Origin: the human T2T-CHM13v2.0 reference genome, Homo sapiens
Length of the DNA stretch: 64,000 nucleotides
NCBI RefSeq assembly: GCF_009914755.1
Contig: NC_060939.1
Strand: one strand, 5' to 3'
This document shows, piece after piece, positions 1 through 13,100 of this stretch (the stretch's first letter is position 1; each line of letters starts with the position of its first letter). The translations under genes were made by a program, and so were the position numbers. Under the pieces are notes generated by a model. That model did no database searches. It saw only the letters and a list, made by a program, of their open reading frames with translations, and was not told the DNA's origin.

Positions 1-666
1 GTTCAATCCATTCCATTCCAGTCCATTCCATTCGAGTCCGTTCCATTCCAGTCCATTCCATTCGAGTCAATTCCATCCCATTCGATGTCTTTCCATAACG
101 ATCCATTCCATTCTATTCCTTTCGATTCCATTCCATTCTATTTCATTCCATTCGATTCCCTTCCATTGGACTCCTTTCCATTAGAGTGCATTCCATTCCG
201 TTCCATTTCTTTCCGTTCTGTACGATTCCTACCGTTCGATTTCATTTTGTTCCAGTCCATTCCTTTTGCGTCCATTCCATTCCATTTCACTCCATTCGAT
301 TCCATTCCACTCGATTCCACTTCGTTCCATTTCATTGCATTCCATTCTATTCAACTCTATTGCCTTCCATTCCATTCCATTCGATTACATTCCATGCGAT
401 TCCATTCGAAATCGAATCAATTACATTACAATCCATTACTATTGAGTCCGTTTTATTCCAGTCCACTGCATTCTGGTCCATTCCATTTGATTCCATTCCA
501 TTTTATTCCATTCCATACAGTTGCATTCCATTGGATTCCATGCTATATCTATAAATTCAATTCGAGACCATTGCTTTTGATTCCATTCTATATGTTTCCA
601 TTCCATTCAAGTCCATTACATTTGGTTCAATTCCATTCCATTCCATTCCCTTCCATTCCATTCCAG

Positions 667-676
667 TTGATATCAA
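667..676. other. 10-bp palindrome TTGATATCAA containing an EcoRV site, once per unit
   Basis: Read directly at 667-676 and at the same position in later units (e.g. ~2426, ~4215, ~63606). Confidence 0.9.
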
Positions 677-1128
677 TCCATTCGATTCCATTCCATTCGA
701 GCACATTCCATTCGAGTCCATTCCATTCGATGCCATTCCATTTGATTCTATTCCATTAGTCTCCATTCAATTCCATTAATCTCCATTCCATTCCATTCTA
801 CTCCAACTGATTCCATTCCATTCTATTCCTTTCCATTCCATTTCATTCCATTCCATTCAATTCCCTTCCATTCCATTCGTGTCCATTCCACTCCAGTCGA
901 TTCCATTTGTGTCCACTGCATTCCATTCCACTCCATTCCATATTATTCCATTACACTCCATTCCATTCTATTACTTTCATTTCCATTCAATTCCATTCCA
1001 TTTGATTCCATTCCACTCGGTTTCATTCCATTTGAGTCCACTCCATTCCATTCCATTCCATTCCATTCCATTCAGTTCCATTCCATTCTGTTCCATTCCA
1101 TTCCGTTCCATTGCATTCCATTCCATTC

Positions 1129-1134
1129 GGTACC
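1129..1134. other. KpnI site GGTACC, first of 35 copies, one per unit (2918, 4742 ... 62309)
   Basis: CATTCGGTACCATTCC is seen once in every complete unit. Confidence 0.93.
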
Positions 1135-4100
1135 ATTCCATATTGTTCCATTCGATTCCATTCGAATCCATTCCATTCCAGTCCATTCCATTCGATTCCA
1201 TTCCATTCCTTTCAATTCCATTCCATTCCATTCCATTCCACTTGATTCCACTCCATTCCCTTCCACTGCATTCCATTCGATTCCATTCCATTGCATTGCA
1301 TTCCATTCCATTGGACTGCATTCCATTCGATTCCATTCCATTCGAATCAATTACATAGCAATCCATTACATTCGAGTCTATTCTATTCCGTTCCATTCGA
1401 TTTCGTTCCAATCCATTCGATTCCATTCCATTCGATTCCATTCCATACTATTGCATTCCATTCGATTACATTATATTCGAATAAGTTCCATTCAAGACCA
1501 TTTCTTTTGAGTCCATTCTATTTGAGTCCATTCCCTTTGATTCCATAACATTTGAGTCCATTCAATTCCATTCCTTTCGTTTCCATTCCATTTGATGCCA
1601 TTCCATTCAATTCTGTTCTACTCGACTCCAATACATTCAATTCCATTCCATCCGATTCCATTACATTCTTTTCATTTCTTATCCATTTCAAGCCATTCCA
1701 CTCCATTCCATTCCACTCGTTTCCTTTCCATTCGAGTCCATTCCTCTCCAGTCCATTCCGTTCAATCCATTCCATTCCAGTCCATTCCATTCGAGTCCGT
1801 TCCATTCCAGTCCATTCCATTCGAGTCAATTCCATCCCATTCGATGTCTTTCCATAACGATCCATTCCATTCTATTCCTTTCGATTCCATTCCATTCTAT
1901 TTCATTCCATTCGATTCCCTTCCATTGGACTCCTTTCCATTCGAGTGCATTCCATTCCGTTCCATTTCTTTCCGTTCTGTACGATTCCTACCGTTCGATT
2001 TCATTTTGTTCCAGTCCATTCCTTTCGCGTCCATTCCATTCCATTTCACTCCATTCGATTCCATTCCACTCGATTCCACTTCGTTCCATTTCATTGCATT
2101 CCATTCTATTCAACTCTATTGCCTTCCATTCTATTCCATTCGATTACATTCCATGCGATTCCATTCGAAATCGAATCAATTACATTGCAATCCATTACTA
2201 TTGAGTCCGTTTTATTCCAGTCCACTGCATTCTGGTCCATTCCATTTGATTCCATTCCATTCTATTCCATTCCATACAGTTGCATTCATTTGGATTCCAT
2301 GCTATATCTATAAATTCAATTCGAGACCATTGCTTTTGAGTCCATTCTATATGATTCCATTCCATTCAAGTCCACTACATTTGGTTCAATTCCATTCCAT
2401 TCCATTCCCTTCCATTCCATTCCATTTGATATCAATCCATTCGATTCCATTCCATTCGAGCACATTCCATTCGAGTCCATTCCATTCGATGCCATTCCAT
2501 TTGATTCTATTCCATTAGTCTCCATTCAATTCCATTAATCTCCATTCCATTCCATTCTACTCCAACTGATTCCATTCCATTCTATTCCTTTCCATTCCAT
2601 TTCATTCCATTCCATTCCATTTCATTCCATTCCATTCCATTCGTGTCCATTCCACTCCAGTCCATTCCATTCGTGTCCATTCCATTCCAGTCCATTCCAT
2701 TTGTGTCCACTGCATTCCATTCCACTCCATTCCATATTATTCCATTACACTCCATTCCATTCTATTACTTTCATTTCCATTCAATTCCATTCCATTTGAT
2801 TCCATTCCACTCGGTTTCATTCCATTTGAGTCCACTCCATTGCATTCCATTCCATTCCATTCAGTTCCATTCCATTCTGTTCCATTCCATTCCGTTCCAT
2901 TGCATTCCATTCCATTCGGTACCATTCCATATTGTTCCATTCGATTCCATTCGAATCCATTCCATTCCAGTCCATTCCATTCGATTCCATTCCATTCCTT
3001 TCAATTCCATTCCATTCCATTCCATTCCACTTGATTCCACTCCATTCCCTTCCACTGCATTCCATTCGATTCCATTCCATTGCATTGCATTCCATTCCAT
3101 TGGACTGCATTCCATTCGATTCCATTCCATTCGAATCAATTACATAGCAATCCATTACATTCGAGTCTATTCTATTCCGTTCCATTCGATTTCGTTCCAA
3201 TCCATTCGATTCCATTCCATTCGATTCCATTCCATACTATTGCATTCCATTCGATTACATTATATTCGAATAAGTTCCATTCAAGACCATTTCTTTTGAG
3301 TCCATTCTATTTGAGTCCATTCCCTTTGATTCCATAACATTTGAGTCCATTCAATTCCATTCCTTTCGTTTCCATTCCATTTGATGCCATTCCATTCAAT
3401 TCTGTTCTACTCGACTCCAATACATTCAATTCCATTCCATCCGATTCCATTACATTCTTTTCATTTCTTATCCATTTCAAGCCATTCCACTCCATTCCAT
3501 TCCACTCGTTTCCTTTCCATTCGAGTCCATTCCTCTCCAGTCCATTCCGTTCAATCCATTCCATTCCAGTCCATTCCATTCGAGTCCGTTCCATTCCAGT
3601 CCATTCCATTCGAGTCAATTCCATTCCATTCGATGTCTTTCCATAACGATCCATTCCATTCTATTCCTTTCGATTCCATTCCATTCTATTTCATTCCATT
3701 CGATTCCCTTCCATTGGACTCCTTTCCATTCGAGTGCATTCCATTCCGTTCCATTTCTTTCTGTTCTGTACGATTCCTACCGTTCGATTTCATTTTGTTC
3801 CAGTCCATTCCTTTCGCGTCCATTCCATTCCATTTCACTCCATTCGATTCCATTCCACTCGATTCCACTTCGTTCTATTTCATTGCATTCCATTCTATTC
3901 AACTCTATTGCCTTCCATTCCATTCCATTCGATTACATTCCATGCGATTCCATTGGAAATCGAATCAATTACATTGCAATCCATTAATATTGAGTCCATT
4001 TTATTCCAGTCCACTGCATTCTGGTCCATTCCATTTGATTCCATTCCATTCTATTCCATTCCATACAGTTGCATTCCATTGGATTCCATTCTATATCTAT

Positions 4101-7100
4101 AAATTCAATTGGAGACCATTGCTTTTGAGTCCATTCTATATGATTCCATTCCATTCAAGTCCATTACATTTGGTTCAATTCCATTCCATTCCATTCCCTT
4201 CCATTCCATTCCAGTTGATATCAATCCATTCGATTCCATTCCATTCGAGCACATTCCATTCGAGTCCATTCCATTCGATGCCATTCCATTTGATTCTATT
4301 CCATTAGTCTCCATTCAATTCCATTAATCTCCATTCCATTCCATTCTACTCCAAGTGATTCCATTCCATTCTATTCCTTTCCATTCCATTTCATTCCATT
4401 CCATTCCATTTCATTCCATTCCATTCCATTCTCTTCCATTCCATTCGTGTCCATTCCACTCCAGTCCATTCCATTCGTGTCCATTCCATTCCAGTCCATT
4501 CCATTTGTGTCCACTGCATTCCATTCCACTCCATTCCATATTATTCCATTACACTCCATTCCATTCTATTACTTTCATTTCCATTCAATTCCATTCCATT
4601 TGATTCCATTCCACTCGGTTTCATTCCATTTGAGTCCACTCCATTCCATTCCATTCCATTCCATTCAGTTCCATTCCATTCTGTTCCGTTCCATTCCATT
4701 CTGTTCCATTCCATTCCGTTCCATTGCATTCCATTCCATTCGGTACCATTCCATATTGTTCCATTCGATTCCATTCGAATCCATTCCATTCCAGTCCATT
4801 CCATTCGATTCCATTCCATTCCTTTCAATTCCATTCCATTCCATTCCATTCCACTTGATTCCACTCCATTCCCTTCCACTGCATTCCATTCGATTCCATT
4901 CCATTGCATTGCATTCCATTCCATTGGACTGCATTCCATTCGATTCCATTCCATTCGAATCAATTACATAGCAATCCATTACATTCGAGTCTATTCTATT
5001 CCGTTCCATTCGATTTCGTTCCAATCCATTCGATTCCATTCCATTCGATTCCATTCCATACTATTGCATTCCATTCGATTACATTATATTCGAATAAGTT
5101 CCATTCAAGACCATTTCTTTTGAGTCCATTCTATTTGAGTCCATTCCCTTTGATTCCATAACATTTGAGTCCATTCAATTCCATTCCTTTCGTTTCCATT
5201 CCATTTGATGCCATTCCATTCAATTCTGTTCTACTCGACTCCAATACATTCAATTCCATTCCATCCGATTCCATTACATTCTTTTCATTTCTTATCCATT
5301 TCAAGCCATTCCACTCCATTCCATTCCACTCGTTTCCTTTCCATTCGAGTCCATTCCTCTCCAGTCCATTCCGTTCAATCCATTCCATTCCAGTCCATTC
5401 CATTCGAGTCCGTTCCATTCCAGTCCATTCCATTCGAGTCAATTCCATTCCATTCGATGTCTTTCCATAACGATCCATTCCATTCTATTCCTTTCGATTC
5501 CATTCCATTCTATTTCATTCCATTCGATTCCCTTCCATTGGACTCCTTTCCATTCGAGTGCATTCCATTCCGTTCCATTTCTTTCTGTTCTGTACGATTC
5601 CTACCGTTCGATTTCATTTTGTTCCAGTCCATTCCTTTCGCGTCCATTCCATTCCATTTCACTCCATTCGATTCCATTCCACTCGATTCCACTTCGTTCT
5701 ATTTCATTGCATTCCATTCTATTCAACTCTATTGCCTTCCATTCCATTCCATTCGATTACATTCCATGCGATTCCATTGGAAATCGAATCAATTACATTG
5801 CAATCCATTAATATTGAGTCCATTTTATTCCAGTCCACTGCATTCTGGTCCATTCCATTTGATTCCATTCCATTCTATTCCATTCCATACAGTTGCATTC
5901 CATTGGATTCCATTCTATATCTATAAATTCAATTGGAGACCATTGCTTTTGAGTCCATTCTATATGATTCCATTCCATTCAAGTCCATTACATTTGGTTC
6001 AATTCCATTCCATTCCATTCCCTTCCATTCCATTCCAGTTGATATCAATCCATTCGATTCCATTCCATTCGAGCACATTCCATTCGAGTCCATTCCATTC
6101 GATGCCATTCCATTTGATTCTATTCCATTAGTCTCCATTCAATTCCATTAATCTCCATTCCATTCCATTCTACTCCAAGTGATTCCATTCCATTCTATTC
6201 CTTTCCATTCCATTTCATTCCATTCCATTCCATTTCATTCCATTCCATTCCATTCTCTTCCATTCCATTCGTGTCCATTCCACTCCAGTCCATTCCATTC
6301 GTGTCCATTCCATTCCAGTCCATTCCATTTGTGTCCACTGCATTCCATTCCACTCCATTCCATATTATTCCATTACACTCCATTCCATTCTATTACTTTC
6401 ATTTCCATTCAATTCCATTCCATTTGATTCCATTCCACTCGGTTTCATTCCATTTGAGTCCACTCCATTCCATTCCATTCCATTCCATTCAGTTCCATTC
6501 CATTCTGTTCCGTTCCATTCCATTCTGTTCCATTCCATTCCGTTCCATTGCATTCCAATCCATTCGGTACCATTCCATATTGTTCCATTCGATTCCATTC
6601 GAATCCATTCCATTCCAGTCCATTCCATTCGATTCCATTCCATTCCTTTCAATTCCATTCCATTCCATTCCATTCCACTTGATTCCACTCCATTCCCTTC
6701 CACTGCATTCCATTCGATTCCATTCCATTGCATTGCATTCCATTCCATTGGACTGCATTCCATTCGATTCCATTCCATTCGAATCAATTACATAGCAATC
6801 CATTACATTCGAGTCTATTCTATTCCGTTCCATTCGATTTCGTTCCAATCCATTCGATTCCATTCCATTCGATTCCATTCCATACTATTGCATTCCATTC
6901 TATTACATTATATTCGAATAAGTTCCATTCAAGACCATTTCTTTTGAGTCCATTCTATTTGAGTCCATTCCCTTTGATTCCATAACATTTGAGTCCATTC
7001 AATTCCATTCCTTTCGTTTGCATTCCATTTGATGCCATTCCATTCAATTCTGTTCTGCTCGACTCCAATACATTCAATTCCATTCCATCCGATTCCATTA

Positions 7101-10100
7101 CATTCTTTTCATTTCTTATCCATTTCAAGCCATTCCACTCCACTCCATTCCACTCGTTTCCTTTCCATTCGAGTCCATTCCTCTCCAGTCCATTCCGTTC
7201 AATCCATTCCATTCCAGTCCATTCCATTCGAGTCCGTTCCATTCCAGTCCATTCCATTCGAGTCAATTCCATCCCATTCGATGTCTTTCCATAACGATCC
7301 ATTCCATTCTATTCCTTTCGATTCCATTCCATTCTATTTCATTCCATTCGATTCCCTTCCATTGGACTCCTTTCCATTCGAGTGCATTCCATTCCGTTCC
7401 ATTTCTTTCCGTTCTGTACGATTCCTACCGTTTGATTTCATTTTGTTCCAGTCCATTCCTTTCGCGTCCATTCCATTCCATTTCACTCCATTCGATTCCA
7501 TTCCACTCGATTCCACTTCGTTCCATTTCATTGCATTCCATTCTATTCAACTCTATTGCCTTCCATTCTATTCCATTCGATTACATTCCATGCGATTCCA
7601 TTCGAAATCGAATCAATTACATTGCAATCCATTACTATTGAGTCCGTTTTATTCCAGTCCACTGCATTCTGGTCCATTCCATTTGATTCCATTCCATTCT
7701 ATTCCATTCCATACAGTTGCATTCATTTGGATTCCATGCTATATCTATAAATTCAATTCGAGACCATTGCTTTTGAGTCCATTCTATATGATTCCATTCC
7801 ATTCAAGTCCACTACATTTGGTTCAATTCCATTCCATTCCATTCCCTTCCATTCCATTCCATTTGATATCAATCCATTCGATTCCATTCCATTCGAGCAC
7901 ATTCCATTCGAGTCCATTCCATTCGATGCCATTCCATTTGATTCTATTCCATTAGTCTCCATTCAATTCCATTAATCTCCATTCCATTCCATTCTACTCC
8001 AACTGATTCCATTCCATTCTATTCCTTTCCATTCCATTTCATTCCATTCCATTCCATTTCATTCCATTCCATTCCATTCGTGTCCATTCCACTCCAGTCC
8101 ATTCCATTCGTGTCCATTCCATTCCAGTCCATTCCATTTGTGTCCACTGCATTCCATTCCACTCCATTCCATATTATTCCATTACACTCCATTCCATTCT
8201 ATTACTTTCATTTCCATTCAATTCCATTCCATTTGATTCCATTCCACTCGGTTTCATTCCATTTGAGTCCACTCCATTGCATTCCATTCCATTCCATTCA
8301 GTTCCATTCCATTCTGTTCCATTCCATTCCGTTCCATTGCATTCCATTCCATTCGGTACCATTCCATATTGTTCCATTCGATTCCATTCGAATCCATTCC
8401 ATTCCAGTCCATTCCATTCGATTCCATTCCATTCCTTTCAATTCCATTCCATTCCATTCCATTCCACTTGATTCCACTCCATTCCCTTCCACTGCATTCC
8501 ATTCGATTCCATTCCATTGCATTGCATTCCATTCCATTGGACTGCATTCCATTCGATTCCATTCCATTCGAATCAATTACATAGCAATCCATTACATTCG
8601 AGTCTATTCTATTCCGTTCCATTCGATTTCGTTCCAATCCATTCGATTCCATTCCATTCGATTCCATTCCATACTATTGCATTCCATTCGATTACATTAT
8701 ATTCGAATAAGTTCCATTCAGGACCATTTCTTTTGAGTCCATTCTATTTGAGTCCATTCCCTTTGATTCCATAACATTTGAGTCCATTCAATTCCATTCC
8801 TTTCGTTTCCATTCCATTTGATGCCATTCCATTCAATTCTGTTCTACTCGACTCCAATACATTCAATTCCATTCCATCTGATTCCATTACATTCTTTTCA
8901 TTTCTTATCCATTTCAAGCCATTCCACTCCATTCCATTCCACTCGTTTCCTTTCTATTCGAGTCCATTCCTCTCCAGTCCATTCCGTTCAATCCATTCCA
9001 TTCCAGTCCATTCCATTCGAGTCCGTTCCATTCCAGTCCATTCCATTCGAGTCAATTCCATCCCATTCGATGTCTTTCCATAACGATCCATTCCATTCTA
9101 TTCCTTTCGATTCCATTCCATTCTATTTCATTCCATTCGATTCCCTTCCATTGGACTCCTTTCCATTCGAGTGCATTCCATTCCGTTCCATTTCTTTCCG
9201 TTCTGTACGATTCCTACCGTTCGATTTCATTTTGTTCCAGTCCATTCCTTTCGCGTCCATTCCATTCCATTTCACTCCATTCGATTCCATTCCATCTCAC
9301 TCCATTCGATTCCATTCCACTCGATTCCACTTCGTTCCATTTCATTGCATTCCATTCTATTCAACTCTATTGCCTTCCATTCCATTCCATTCGATTACAT
9401 TCCATGAGATTCCATTCGAAATCGAATCAATTACATTGCAATCCATAACTATTGAGTGCGTTTTATTCCAGTCCACTGCATTCTGGTCCATTCCATTTGA
9501 TTCCATTCCATTCTATTCCATTCCATACAGTTGCATTCCATTGGATTCCATGCTATATCTATAAATTCAATTCGAGACCATTGCTTTTGAGTCCATTCTA
9601 TATGATTCCATTCCATTCAAGTCCATTACATTTGGTTCAATTCCATTCCATTCCATTCCCTTCCATTCCATTCCATTTGATATCAATCCATTCGATTCCA
9701 TTCCATTCGAGCACATTCCATTCGAGTCCATTCCATTCGATGCCATTCCATTTGATTCTATTCCATTAGTCTCCATTCAATTCCATTAATCTCCATTCCA
9801 TTCCATTCTACTCCAACTGATTCCATTCCATTCTATTCCTTTCTATTCCATTTCATTCCATTCCATTCCATTTCATTCCATTCCATTCCATTCGTGTCCA
9901 TTCCACTCCAGTCCATTCCATTCGTGTCCATTCCATTCCAGTCCATTCCATTTGTGTCCACTGCATTCCATTCCACTCCATTCCATATTATTCCATTACA
10001 CTCCATTCCATTCTATTACTTTCATTTCCATTCAATTCCATTCCATTTGATTCCATTCCACTCGGTTTCATTCCATTTGAGTCCACTCCATTCCATTCCA

Positions 10101-13100
10101 TTCCATTCCATTCCAATCAGTTCCATTCCATTCTGTTCCATTCCATTCCGTTCCATTCCATTCCATTCCATTCGGTACCATTCCATATTGTTCCATTCGA
10201 TTCCATTCGAATCCATTCCATTCCAGTCCATTCCATTCGATTCCATTCCATTCATTTCAATTCCATTCCATTCCATTCCATTCCACTTGATTCCTCTCCA
10301 TTCCCTTCCACTGCATTCCGTTCGATTCCATTCCATTGCATTGCATTCCATTCCATTGGATTGCATTCCATTCGATTCCATTCCATTCGAATCAATTACA
10401 TAGCAATCCATTGCATTCGAGTCTATTCTATTCCGTTCCATTCGATTTCGTTCCAATCCATTCGATTCCATTCCATTCGATTCCATTCCATACTATTGCA
10501 TTCCATTCGATTACATTATATTCGAATAAGTTCCATTGAAGACCATTTCTTTTGAGTCCATTCTATTTGAGTCCATTCCCTTTGATTCCATAACATTTGA
10601 GTCCATTCAATTCCATTCCTTTCGTTTCCATTCCATTTGATGCCATTCCATTCAATTCTGTTCTACTCGACTCCAATACATTCAATTCCATTCCATCCGA
10701 TTCCATTACATTCTTTTCATTTCTTATCCATTTCAAGCCATTCCACTCCATTCCATTCCACTCGTTTCCTTTCCATTCGAGTCCATTCCTCTCCAGTCCA
10801 TTCCGTTCAATCCATTCCATTCCAGTCCATTCCATTCGAGTCCGTTCCATTCCAGTCCATTCCATTCGAGTCAATTCCATCCCATTCGATGTCTTTCCAT
10901 AACGATCCATTCCATTCTATTCCTTTCGATTCCATTCCATTCTATTTCATTCCATTCGATTCCCTTCCATTGGACTCCTTTCCATTCGAGTGCATTCCAT
11001 TCCGTTCCATTTCTTTCCGTTCTGTACGATTCCTACCGTTCGATTTCATTTTGTTCCAGTCCATTCCTTTCGCGTCCATTCCATTCCATTTCACTCCATT
11101 CGATTCCATTCCATTTCACTCCATTCGATTCCATTCCACTCGATTCCACTTCGTTCCATTTCATTGCATTCCATTCTATTCAACTCTATTGCCTTCCATT
11201 CCATTCCATTCGATTACATTCCATGCGATTCCATTCGAAATCGAATCAATTACATTGCAATCCATAACTATTGAGTCCGTTTTATTCCAGTCCACTGCAT
11301 TCTGGTCCATTCCATTTGATTCCATTCCATTCTATTCCATTCCATACAGTTGCATTCCATTGGATTCCATGCTATATCTATAAATTCAATTCGAGACCAT
11401 TGCTTTTGAGTCCATTCTATATGATTCCATTCCATTCAAGTCCATTACATTTGGTTCAATTCCATTCCATTCCATTCCCTTCCATTCCATTCCATTTGAT
11501 ATCAATCCATTCGATTCCATTCCATTCGAGCACATTCCATTCGAGTCCATTCCATTCGATGCCATTCCATTTGATTCTATTCCATTAGTCTCCATTCTAT
11601 TCCATTAATCTCCATTCCATTCCATTCTACTCCAACTGATTCCATTCCATTCTATTCCTTTCCATTCCATTTCATTCCATTCCATTCCATTTCATTCCAT
11701 TCCATTCCATTCGTGTCCATTCCACTCCAGTCCATTCCATTCGTGTCCATTCCATTCCAGTCCATTCCATTTGTGTCCACTGCATTCCATTCCACTCCAT
11801 TCCATATTATTCCATTACACTCCATTCCATTCTATTACTTTCATTTCCATTCAATTCCATTCCATTTGATTCCATTCCACTCGGTTTCATTCCATTTGAG
11901 TCCACTCCATTCCATTCCATTCCATTCCATTCAGTTCCATTCCATTCTGTTCCATTCCATTCCGTTCCATTCCATTCCATTCCATTCGGTACCATTCCAT
12001 ATTGTTCCATTCGATTCCATTCGAATCCATTCCATTCCAGTCCATTCCATTCGATTCCATTCCATTCCTTTCAATTCCATTCCATTCCATTCCATTCCAC
12101 TTGATTCCACTCCATTCCCTTCCACTGCATTCCATTCGATTCCATTCCATTGCATTGCATTCCATTCCATTGGACTGCATTCCATTCGATTCCATTCCAT
12201 TCGAATCAATTACATAGCAATCCATTACATTCGAGTCTATTCTATTCCGTTCCATTCGATTTCGTTCCAATCCATTCGATTCCATTCCATTCGATTCCAT
12301 TCCATACTATTGCATTCCATTCTATTACATTATATTCGAATAAGTTCCATTCAAGACCATTTCTTTTGAGTCCATTCTATTTGAGTCCATTCCCTTTGAT
12401 TCCATAACATTTGAGTCCATTCAATTCCATTCCTTTCGTTTCCATTCCATTTGATGCCATTCCATTCAATTCTGTTCTACTCGACTCCAATACATTCAAT
12501 TCCATTCCATCCGATTCCATTACATTCTTTTCATTTCTTATCCATTTCAAGCCATTCCACTCCATTCCATTCCACTCGTTTCCTTTCCATTCGAGTCCAT
12601 TCCTCTCCAGTCCATTCCGTTCAATCCATTCCATTCCAGTCCATTCCATTCGAGTCCGTTCCATTCCAGTCCATTCCATTCGAGTCAATTCCATCCCATT
12701 CGATGTCTTTCCATAACGATCCATTCCATTCTATTCCTTTCGATTCCATTCCATTCTATTTCATTCCATTCGATTCCCTTCCATTGGACTCCTTTCCATT
12801 AGAGTGCATTCCATTCCGTTCCATTTCTTTCCGTTCTGTACGATTCCTACCGTTCGATTTCATTTTGTTCCAGTCCATTCCTTTCGCGTCCATTCCATTC
12901 CATTTCACTCCATTCGATTCCATTCCACTCGATTCCACTTCGTTCCATTTCATTGCATTCCATTCTATTCAACTCTATTGCCTTCCATTCCATTCCATTC
13001 GATTACATTCCATGCGATTCCATTCGAAATCGAATCAATTACATTACAATCCATTACTATTGAGTCCGTTTTATTCCAGTCCACTGCATTCTGGTCCATT

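Larger units (their letters stand above)
1..12067 (+). repeat. Copy 1 of a large internal duplication (offset 17,925 bp = 10 units), truncated by the window start
   Basis: The unit-length series 1789,1824,1824,1789,1819 and rare variants recur exactly +17,925 bp. Confidence 0.92.

Noticed and set aside
404-420. Possible heat-shock element at TTCGAAATCGAAT (also TTCGAATAAGTTC near 1476-1488)
   Set aside because: The spacing does not fit alternating nTTCn/nGAAn pentamers in three units. HSF1 association with SatIII is known mainly for 9q12 and cannot be claimed from this motif.
575-590. Initiator-like YYANWYY downstream of the TATA-like motif
   Set aside because: CCATTCC/CCATTCT matches this consensus every 5 bp, so the match carries no information.
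667-676. TTGATATCAA as a terminator, cruciform or recombinase site
   Set aside because: It is only a 10-bp AT-rich palindrome with no loop or U-tract, and could easily arise by chance in a 1.8-kb unit before amplification.
977-1865. - strand MEWNG/MESNG-repeat ORFs
   Set aside because: These are direct translations of (GGAAT)n, where ATG occurs every 5 bp. Similar 'hypothetical proteins' are known satellite translation artefacts. Nothing in the sequence supports expression.
1592-2518. 308-aa + strand ORF (and the 101-, 122-, 218- and 248-aa ORFs) repeated in each unit
   Set aside because: CATTC repeats contain no stop codons and translate to HSIPF periodicity. The ORFs overlap in all frames, often start at TTG or GTG, and are freely frameshifted by 5n indels between units. 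There is no domain-like content.
2642-2710. CRISPR-like 30-bp direct repeats
   Set aside because: The repeats are directly adjacent with no unique spacers, leader or cas genes. They are satellite sub-repeats.
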